Position numbers and translations under genes: made by a program. Shown here piece after piece: positions 38,901 to 46,916 of a stretch of 64,000 bases of DNA. This stretch comes from Bigelowiella natans CCMP2755 (taxonomy: Eukaryota > Protista > Cercozoa): NCBI GenBank assembly GCA_000320545.1, contig ADNK01002608.1:85675-149674 (forward strand). The letters are read 5' to 3'. Each line of letters begins with the position of its first letter. Position 1 is the stretch's first letter. Below the pieces are notes generated by a model. That model was not told where the DNA came from. It saw only the letters and a list, made by a program, of their open reading frames with translations, and did no database searches.

Positions 38901-40916
38901 TATCTGTCGGATGGTCTTGCCGGGGTTCTTCTTCCGTAGCTCGGTAGGTGTAGGTAGCTTGTTGTCCGCTAGGTCCATAAACTCTAACGCATTAACGCTT
39001 GACTCAGAGGTCCACTCGTCAAGCCGTATCATGTTCTGGCTGATGGTCCTGCCTGACTTCTTTGGCAACTTAGCAAAGTATATCTTGTGATTGTAGAATG
39101 ATATGATCCCCCCTAATTTTTCTAGGGCATCCTGTCCGAGGAGTAGTTCCATGGATAAAGTCATGGCTACTCGGGTCTTGATTTGGGTCTCCGCGTCGCT
39201 GCCAGGTATCTGTAGCTTTAGCATTAGCTCACCGACGGTCTTCATGGAAGAGCTTCCGTCTGCTTGAGCATATTTACGTTCTTTCTTAGTCACTTGATCC
39301 AATAGTCCTAACCTTCTTACTGTGCTTAGGCTTATGAAGGACTTCGGCATGCTGCCACTATCCCAAAGGGCAGGTAGTTTCTTGTAGTCTCCGTAGCTGT
39401 CTTTAACTTTAACCTTGGTCATAGCAACTTTGATAGTCCTGTTAGCGTCTTCGTCATTAATGTTGCATACTCCTAAGTTCTTTATGTCGTCTAGGGTCAT
39501 GGGCTTGTCTTGGTCCTGCGTTGCTGGTACTGCTGTCTTCGTCGGCGCCTGCTTAAGGTGATCTAATATTCCGTTTATCTGCTGCTGTATAGCATTGATA
39601 CTGTTCTGCTTTTTGTTCTTATATTTATTGTTCTTCCCGTTGTTGCTGCCTTGCCATTTGCTGTTGTTATATCCTTGTCCTCTGCCTTTCTTTCTCTTTA
39701 ACTTCTCGTAGTGTTCGTTGAGCTGCCTGATCGTCATCCTGGGTCGTCCTTCTTTCCTGTCTCTGCAGTCTTTAGCGGTGTGTTTCCCTTTACGTGAGCA
39801 GTATCCGCAACGTCGGTTACCTTCCCTGTCCTTGTACCAGTCTCGCTGCGGCTTAATAGCGTTAATGTTTCCTATGCCAGGTACCTTAGGGCTGGTAAAC
39901 TTGCGGTCCTGCTCCTGCTCGCGTAGGGATATAGCCTGCACTGCTGCCTCCATCGTGGTGTAGCCTTTCTCCGTAACGTAAGTGGATTCCTTTATCTTTA
40001 ACTTGAACTCTTCAAACCTTGCCTGATCATCACCTGTGTTGTAATTAAAATCATGTAGTTCGTCGATCATATCCTGGAAGCGCGTGGCAAAGTCTCTAAC
40101 AGGTTCTCTCTCATGCTGCATCATTGCTCTGTATTTTCTAATAGCCTGGGGTAGGGAGTTAGCATCCTGTTCATTTACAAAAGCCTTCATTATCGCCTCA
40201 ACGTCTCGTAGCCCACTAACTGTAGTGTGTATTTTCTCTAGCTGCCTGATCCGGGTCCTGCCTGTCTCGTAAAGGTCCATGGCTTGCTTTATTATAGCTA
40301 GCCATTTGAGCTTGTCGTTTTCGGTGGGGTTAGGGGTAAAGTCGCAGAGTATACTCCTAGCGTTCTTCCACCACCTCCTTGCCTCACCTCTTTTCCCGTT
40401 GTATTTCGTTATCATAACCGGTGCTGTTTTAACAGACATGAACTGGGTGTTCCGCTGTACCGGCTGCTGCTGCTTGACGGTGCTCTGGGTCGTCCCCCGC
40501 GAGGCGCCCAGACCCCCGTCGTTCCTAAACAAAGCTGCCCACTCTGGAGGTAAGTCTGCTTCGTAATCCATGATGTCCTGCATGATAGCTGCCCAAACAT
40601 CATGTGTCTGATACTTGTATTCTATCGATACTTTCAGTTTGGCGTAGTTGCTCGCCCTGGGTCGCAAGGCTCGTAATGCCATTACGACCTTCTTGCTTTC
40701 GGCGGCCACGTCCTCGTCGTCCGCCTCGTAGAAGTTCTCCAGTGCCTCTGCTGCTGCATCTGCTTTCTTAATCCCGGGTGCTGGTCCCGGCGGTGCCTGT
40801 GGAGGTGTTCCTCCTCCTTCCTTAGCGTCCGTATCGCCCTTCCTTTCCTGTTTCTGCTCGTGCCCTTGCACGGCCTGCGAGCCAAAGTCCTGCTGTTCTT
40901 CTAGCTGCTGTGACAT
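35943..40916 (-). CDS. Gag-Pol polyprotein, 1657 aa, no frameshift
   Basis: Zn knuckle CGYCSRKGKHTAKDC (about 39765-39809); protease LWDSG (about 39360); RT YVDD (about 38240); RNase H TDWS...EYKA...TDHKPL...ADYFSR; integrase HGPAH...CRC, QID...HVDN...KVER; SH3-like CTD QDPFWGG; extra C-terminal domain of about 130 aa. Confidence 0.97.
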   Translation of the reverse strand: MSQQLEEQQDFGSQAVQGHEQKQERKGDTDAKEGGGTPPQAPPGPAPGIKKADAAAEALENFYEADDEDVAAESKKVVMALRALRPRASNYAKLKVSIEYKYQTHDVWAAIMQDIMDYEADLPPEWAALFRNDGGLGASRGTTQSTVKQQQPVQRNTQFMSVKTAPVMITKYNGKRGEARRWWKNARSILCDFTPNPTENDKLKWLAIIKQAMDLYETGRTRIRQLEKIHTTVSGLRDVEAIMKAFVNEQDANSLPQAIRKYRAMMQHEREPVRDFATRFQDMIDELHDFNYNTGDDQARFEEFKLKIKESTYVTEKGYTTMEAAVQAISLREQEQDRKFTSPKVPGIGNINAIKPQRDWYKDREGNRRCGYCSRKGKHTAKDCRDRKEGRPRMTIRQLNEHYEKLKRKKGRGQGYNNSKWQGSNNGKNNKYKNKKQNSINAIQQQINGILDHLKQAPTKTAVPATQDQDKPMTLDDIKNLGVCNINDEDANRTIKVAMTKVKVKDSYGDYKKLPALWDSGSMPKSFISLSTVRRLGLLDQVTKKERKYAQADGSSSMKTVGELMLKLQIPGSDAETQIKTRVAMTLSMELLLGQDALEKLGGIISFYNHKIYFAKLPKKSGRTISQNMIRLDEWTSESSVNALEFMDLADNKLPTPTELRKKNPGKTIRQITELLDKTPPADDWDIDKGKKYINKILNEKYSDITKPTTKPSSKLTPVKIELKKGYEECIINDPEHRRPEADWEKIEWQINEWAKEGKIEPSNSPWNVRHVLAKKPTYPFFRLAHNFIRHNRVIKRIQTPTPRIDDVIEHVIGYKYYSSLDKNESYMQTPIHKTSRPITAFSSRHRKWHFVVFPYGLSISGDAFSSQNYRAYTHDGMASVLWVFVFVYVDDDIICTNTVVAQIFLLENIFIRFAHFGFTIRLQKCTFLATRIKWCGYYLEQGRITPNPEKVAALQQAPKPKNAKELKSFLQTAAWILRRFSPTYARTAAAFTTAYRKENSVGLSFAKVWAKAGLDAHFDNLIKLCSNTLLNAKLDTTRPATLWTDWSKLGMAAVLTQDQQIIRVWGRACTAAEAKYSPTKGEYKAMTEAQRKLRYYLLSVPSFTLMTDHKPLLGIDRKLEAPNDEYAAMRADTEEFRDKRTVVYAPGDKQLADYFSRLFEKKVPTQVTPMVNAITFEDGDFLPEPEELQHLQEHLDKYKHKHEVLSDRIYVYTNNVRRTYVPRRTRGALLFTAHGPAHVGENHITALLYHYYWPYKLKEIRTYLRGCRCSSLKAAGVATKESSKSRASKKIKARNFLDIVQIDVYKYDGYHYLTFVDVATGKCWVKKIIKVNVAKKNKGLYKQRLTNCYRTWESELQAIPDEVSINKIPKKLHVDNETSLLQLPHPNIDASPVYYAQSNSKVERLHRTLANLSRINSTTPDKIQGLVNDTFTSGGGIKDKEREEGDDNDDDTESEDEKVPYDGRVLKEGQYVRAKVNLRSRNKQDPFWGGVAKVTERKGRKQYYIYDGNRVTLRHISHLKNYDIGEKLLEDVKVNPTVWERAMPCLGPRPKFDVEYGNNKVRVNDDWRMKIVYLGYPGLRNMERVAMKIKDGKYQLLYLAVPDLPFEHWYKVLGDLDAEGWYGHEPKDEGEFWVSDKGDKVREESITWWLVKFRKR

Positions 40917-40932
40917 TGTTAGTCAAATCGTT

Positions 40933-40950
40933 TCCCGTGTGTGGAAGCCA
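40933..40950 (-). other. Primer-binding site (18 nt)
   Basis: TGGCTTCCACACACGGGA lies 5 nt inside the 5' LTR. Its complement ends in CCA with G73 and U1-A72 geometry (Asp/Glu-type tRNA; identity inferred). Confidence 0.65.
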
Positions 40951-40955
40951 AAGGT

Positions 40956-41281
40956 TGTTGCGCGTAAGGTGTTCACAGGCCGAGGCGCTACGTGCACAAG
41001 TAGGCAGGGGGGGGGAAAGGCACGTTTGCTTCCTTTTGAAGAGTTGTGTTTATTTTTATTAAAGATTATATTTTTATTAAATCGTGCACTGCGTAATCAT
41101 TCGCGAAGCTTTCGCGAATGCCGCCGCACGTGGGGCAGCACACTTCCGGTGTGCTGCCATGAGTCCCGCCGGAACCCACGTGCCTATGCTGTATTAATAT
41201 CTACGTTATCTATATTCTATATCCGCGACAACCCCTTTGTTGTCGCACGTGACTTGTGCCCGCGTAGTGGTACGCGCTACA
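40956..41281 (-). repeat. 5' LTR of the Gypsy element
   Basis: Identical to 35566-35891; followed on the + strand by TSD AACA. Confidence 0.97.
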
Positions 41282-42139
41282 AACAAACCCTCACGATTTC
41301 TGTGGTTGCTCTTTCAGGCACAGAGACGTTCGTTCCATTCATGGGTGAGTCAGCACGTTCCATGACCCTCTTAACCCAAGCACTGAAAGTGCTCCGTTCG
41401 TTCACACGTTCGTTCAAGGACGAGTCAGGGACTCACCCTTCGCACACGTTGCCTGCACGTGCGCTGATCGTGTTGCACTCACATTGACTGTTGTTGTTGG
41501 TCAATGTTCCAATGTTTCTTTCTTTCTTTCTTTCACGTCTCACTTTCAACCGCTCCAACGGGGTTATTTCTCCCTTTTTCTTTGCTTCTTTGGTGGCTGA
41601 CATTCCTGTGCGTCGTGATCTACATGGCTGACTGGCTAGCTGAGAGGTCACGGCTAGCTAGCTAGACGGGTGAGTCAGCGAGTCCCATTCGAATCACTTC
41701 ACTCACGTGTTTGTTCGTTCTGTGACATTTCTACACTTTCAACCGCGTTGGAATTGCTCTGTTCGTTTGCTCATTCATTGACGGGCCATCGACCCTTTCC
41801 ACCGCGCCATCATTGGAAGCGGGAACCACTTCGTGATCGACTGTGATCATGAAGAACACAGAGCTCACAGCAGCATCGCTAGATCGTAACGCTTCATCCA
41901 GCTGTGGCACAGCATGCATTTGGCAGTCGCCATGTTGTTCACGTGACAACTTCAAATGTCTTCATCATGTTGAAATCATCAATGTGTTCCAGTGTTGGGA
42001 GCGTGTAGAATGCACATTTGCATCGCATATGCCCCAACGACAAGGTGCCGGCATGTTAGCATTGAAGATGCCTTGCAAGAACATGACAACGACCACATTG
42101 CTCCACACAGTTGTGGGCAATCATGCATTGCGAGGGCAT

Positions 42140-44060
42140 CTACGGGCTGCTAAGAAGATCTGAGAACGCATACCAGTCCATTCCAGACAAACGCGAGATG
42201 TCATCAGCTCTAATTGAGTTGCCTATTTCGATGATCAACACATTACTGAATTCGTCCATAGTCATGCAATTTAAAGAGTGTTGCACGAAATTAAAAGTCC
42301 AAAATCTTTACGCCTTTTGACCTACCGTCACTGCTTAGAATCTTGAATAATGCATCGACAGCAGCTTCAGTCAGTTCTTCAGCGGAGATTGCCTGATGCG
42401 ATGCATTTTAAAAATGAATACTTTTCACAGTGAAAATAAATCAATTGAGAAGATAAAAATCCAGTTCTTTACTATCAAAAGGGATAGGGATCATAGACCA
42501 CTTCTAAGATCGTGCGGATTATGTCTTACATAGGCTATTGATATTTTCGCCTCCGGAAGAATCATTTAGATTCACAATAATCAGATCGAGCACATCTTAC
42601 TTATAATTTAATGCCACCAATAAGCCCCACCAATAAGCCCCACCAATAAGCCCCACCATCATCCCCACCTTATTGAGCTTTTCCCTTTCACTTGCATTGA
42701 GGTAGAAAGGGTCTCCTAGATTCTAAAACCAATCGTTATCACAGAAGGCGGTAAAACAGATCATATCTGAACGTTTTGCTCCAATGGGTGACGATTGTGA
42801 TCATCATCAGCATGCTGCTGCTGCTCCTGCTGCTCTTACTAGAACTGACAGGGCTCACTCACTTCACACTCCATACCTTTCTTCTTGCTGCTTCCTTCCA
42901 TTCACTAAGTTCCGCTGGCTTATTCAAAATTACCGTTTTTACCTAGGATTGTGATTTTGTATTAAGAGAGATTCGTAGGTGAAAGAAAGGGAGGACTTTA
43001 TTCTCCATCTCTTGGCCATAAGGCTTCAGAGGCCATTCAAACTGTAAGTCTCGAATCTGGGTGATTGATCCAAAAAAAGATTAATTATGGTGAGGAGATT
43101 TTTTCACAGATATAACAGCTACACCACTAGTGCCGCAACTACAACTACGGCTCCAACAACAAATACTACTATATCTACAAGAACTTGTACATTTTCTTTG
43201 AATTGCTCTTTAGATATGGAAGACGAGCCTTTAAGTAATCGGCCCATTAAATTCTCGCTAAAAATATTCGTTGGATTTTGTAAATAATTATTGCTATGGA
43301 TTACGAGGACTTAAGTGGAAAGCTGGATGAACCTGTTTGCACAGGTTCCAATGCATAGATATTGTTCACATACGTTCAAGTGTGAATGTACACAACCATT
43401 TTTGCGCAAGCGTGCTTGCGTACGTGCGTTCGTATGCGCTTGTTGGTTTATTTGTTTGTGATTCAGTCATGAAAATAATATTTTCGCGAACGGTATTAAC
43501 CCATCGATTTGGCATGATGCCCGGTTTGCGATCTTTCCATAGCACGATGATGTTGCTATGCGTCCAAATAAGCTCACGGTGTCATATTTTGTAACTAAAG
43601 TTAAAAGTAGATTTAGATCGAATAAATTCGTACAAGATGTTTCTACCCGGAACGTCTGCTGCAACAGCATTGTTCTTCATCAAAGTAAGTGCAGAAGAAG
43701 ATGTTGCCCATGCCAGGGGGACGCCATTCATTACATTTCGCCGGCTAACGTGTGTTAACAATGTAGATATCAATTGTGGTGATGGATATGATTATGAAAT
43801 AAAAATGATAGTCATCGTGATCATAATCTTTTTGACGTAAAATTGCTAAAGTAAATTTGAATACTTGATTTAAAATGCGATCTTAATTAATGATTTCCCA
43901 TGTAAAGTTTCAACCTTATACTTTTAGATAAAGCATTTTGAGTATTCATTGATCCTGTTGCTGTACCAAGCAATACAATCGTACCAGCTACAAGAAGCAA
44001 AGCATGGTAATGTGTCCATTGATTTGCTCTTTGTGACCGCAGAACAGATGAATGGAGCAT
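42140..44060 (-). CDS. Putative multi-exon protein of unknown function with signal peptide + transit-like + twin-arginine presequence
   Basis: Phase-compatible exons: MLHSSVLRSQRANQWTHYHALLLVAGTIVLLGTATGSMNTQNALSKSI|SRRNVMNGVPLAWATSSSALTLMKNNAVAADVP ... IRDLQFEWPLKPYGQEMENK|VKTVILNKPAELSEWKEAARRK ... AISAEELTEAAVDALFKILSSD|GNSIRADDISRLSGMDW...*. Normal TA content, unlike its flanks. Middle exons not fully resolved. Confidence 0.5.
42614..42652 (+). repeat. 13-bp tandem repeat x3 (CCACCAATAAGCC), probably intronic
   Basis: Three exact copies followed by a partial fourth. Confidence 0.85.
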
Positions 44061-44416
44061 CGTGCCTTTGCCTAATCACCAAGTGGGTCAGAATTTTTTA
44101 GGAAGCTATGTTTCTGTCTATAAACATCCAAGTAGTCAACGTGCATGAATCAGCCCTCACTAGAGAGCAAGCACTACGAATTCATGTCAATTACCAATGT
44201 GAGGTTTCTGTTCTGCCACGCTCTCAGGTTTCTGGCTGTGCGACGATTTTCGTGACAGCTGCATCGTCGCAATGATTTGCATGTCGTATACACAAAACGA
44301 CATGCATTTTGCCCCTGACTGGATCGTCGATAATTCGATTCTCAAAAGGAAAAGGCCCGTGAGCCTCACCTTCATGAACCATCCCGTTTTTCTAGTTGCG
44401 ACATCACATGCGTTTA

Positions 44417-46610
44417 GTCGCAAAGTGAACAGTGTGATGACGCTCCAGACGCTGTGGCATCGGGTGTGACGACGCCAGAACTCTCGACACACTCACGTTT
44501 CAGAATTGCCTGTGGTTTTTTCGTTCGCGCAGTTGGCCTGCATCCCACTCGCGTTCTTTGCAACCGAATCGGCATCCAGACACATGGTCCTTGACCTTTT
44601 CTTGCTCGTTTTCCTTTTTTGCTTTCGAGTGCCAACGAAGTGGCCTGGTGGCACGTGACAGGCACAGGTGTTGCACAGGCGGAGGCACGTCATCGCCACG
44701 CGCAAGTCGGGACTTTCCACGCACCACTGTGACCTCTGGACTCTGGACCTCCCTGGCTTCACCCCAGGGATCGAACCTGACCTAATCCTGGAATCGTGTG
44801 TGACCAGGTCACCATGTTGCGCGTGAGGTGCTCACAGGCCGAGGCGCTACGTGCACAAGTAGGCAGGGGGGGGGAAAGGCACGTTTGCTTCCTTTTGAAG
44901 AGTCACATTTATTTTTGTTGAAGATCATATTTTTATTAAATCGTGCACTACGTAATCATTCGCGAAGCTTTCGCGAATGCCGCCGCACGTGGGGCAGCAC
45001 ACTTCCGGTGTGCTGCCATGGGTCCCGCCGGAACCCACGTGCCTACACCATGTTGACATCTACGTCATCTACATTCCATGTCCGCGACAACCCCTTTGTT
45101 GTCGCACGTGACTTGTGCCCGCGTAGTGGTACGCGCTGCAACCATGGACACAATCAGGTGCGGCAGTCGCAAGCAAAGGCGTGGCTTGAGGGCATCGCGT
45201 GTGCGTGAAAGCAACTGGACAAGCCAGTCACTTGGCCACGTCACAACTCAACAAAGACACAACTCAAGTTCACGTGCAAGTGACCTTGTTCCCTCTGGCC
45301 CTGTCTTTCTCTGCCTTGTCACCGTTGTTGCACTCCAGCACTGAGGTCAGGTGGTGGGGGAGTGGTGCAAAAGGTGGGAAAAACTTTTGATCATTCACAC
45401 TGAACGATGCCCACGGTGAAACGCAAAACCCAGGGAAAGCAAGGCCGAAAAACGTGACTTTTCCACTTCCAGACTTGCAAGTTCAAGTGGTCGTTTGGGT
45501 TGCCACAGGAGCGTGTGCACTCAAGCCAAAAGCTTGTGTGGGTGCTCTTTGAAGCCTCGTGGTCCTTTCACTGTGGTTCATTGTTCCTCTTCGTTGCGTT
45601 CATCACGACGTTGCTCCTCGCAAACATGCACTCTGGCACTAGCAAGCGGCAAGGCTCTGGAGGTGCCAGGTGCTTTCTGTTGTGCTTGTCCTGCGATGTG
45701 TTCACCTGTCAAGAGTTTCATCGTTCACTGCGGCGGGAGGAGGCACCAGGGCAGTCCAGCAGTGCCTTGTTGGTGTTGGAGTGCTTTGCGTCCAAACCGC
45801 GATTCGAAGTGCGTGGTGCAGCAGGAGTGGCAGCAGTGCCAGAGCGACGTGCGGGCGTTTGCGAAGCTGCGACAAGCAACAAGCAGTCCAGCAACAAGCA
45901 ACAAGCAACCAGCACGAGACAACAAGAGTGCAGGCGAAACGAACACGCATGCGACTTCGGCAGCGCAGTGCCAAAGCTTCCTTGTGCCACGAAGGAAGCA
46001 ATGTGCCTCGACGTTGTGCTGCGCCACGCTGGCACGTTGCTGAGAGCTTGGTTCACAGTGATCGACAACGTGAAATTGACCTCGAGCTGCAGGCACGAAC
46101 AATCACACTTGGTTCGACACAGACTTGAGACAGCCTCCTCCTGTCCCCATCGTCCCACCTCTGGACCTGGCTGGAGCACTCGCCTCCATCGCGCATCGCG
46201 CACCGCCCACTTCCCAACTTTCAACAGTTGGTTCTCACGTTCTCACCACTCCAGCACTCTGGCACTGAAGTGGTGAACATTGCCAGGTTGGCTGAGGAGT
46301 TGGTGACCCAAAACAGCAAAAGCAATTGCCAGAACAGGGCAAAACACACAAAGTGCAAAACAAGCGAGAGACTTGAGAGGTCCCACCTTTTCTCCGATGC
46401 AAACTCTTGGCGGGGCGGCTTGAGGTTCGTGTCCACGAAACGTTCCAACAAGATGCAAAAAGAACCGAAAATTTGAGAAGTTTTGCGGCAACAAATGAGT
46501 GTTTTCCAACTAGATGGAATCTCATTGAGGGTTGGACACGTGCTCATGGTCAACGTTTCTGCAAGGAGAGCTGGATGCAGGTGACAAACAGTCCACGTTT
46601 TGAATGACCG
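44417..46610. other. TpA-void intergenic block, probably a decayed repeat, hosting the solo LTR
   Basis: 1 TA in 44417-44814 and 2 TA (both CTAG) in 45141-46610; CpG abundant. Confidence 0.9.
44815..45140 (-). mobile_element. Solo LTR of the same Gypsy family
   Basis: 326 bp, 23 substitutions (all transitions) versus the intact LTRs, own 4-bp TSD ACCA (44811-44814, 45141-45144), no internal sequence. Confidence 0.96.
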
Positions 46611-46916
46611 AGGATAGAAGGGATTTTTGCAAGTAGCGACAGGTCTAAAAGTTGTCTCTTAATGAAAATCGAATGCCGATTTAATCGTGTGCATTGCCAC
46701 GCAGACAATGCAACTTCGCGCCAAATTGCACCAGGGATTTCAGATCAAAACTCAACTTCAATGAAAACCATCATCGATTTCTGATGTGAAATGATCATCT
46801 GATGTTGGTATAATCCATCGTCATAAGGATGACTTAGTTGAAAATTACGCTTGGTTTTCTTGTTTCTACTGATTGTATTTCGATCTTAGAGCCGAGCAGA
46901 GCTGAATGAGCAAGGA

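Larger units (their letters stand above)
35566..41281 (-). mobile_element. Intact Ty3/Gypsy LTR retrotransposon (5716 bp), very recent insertion
   Basis: Two 326-bp LTRs (35566-35891, 40956-41281) with no difference found by eye, TGT...ACA termini, 4-bp TSD AACA (35562-35565, 41282-41285), PBS, PPT, and a single ORF in the order Gag-PR-RT-RH-INT. Confidence 0.97.

Noticed and set aside
44752-44814. Functional tRNA gene
   Set aside because: Only a T-arm/B-box is well formed; there is no matching acceptor stem and the A-B spacing is short
44815-45140. CpG-methylation decay or classical RIP as the cause of LTR divergence
   Set aside because: All about 28 CpGs are conserved, and TA is lost rather than gained relative to the intact copy and in the flanks
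35489-45208. Three near-identical ORFs (35489-35938, 40939-41487, 44828-45208) suggesting a repeated small gene
   Set aside because: They are chance open frames across the LTRs, antisense to the element
45495-46607. Many long overlapping ORFs on both strands (up to 258 aa)
   Set aside because: TAA/TAG cannot occur without TA; no motif is recognisable in any frame, so they are a by-product of the TA void
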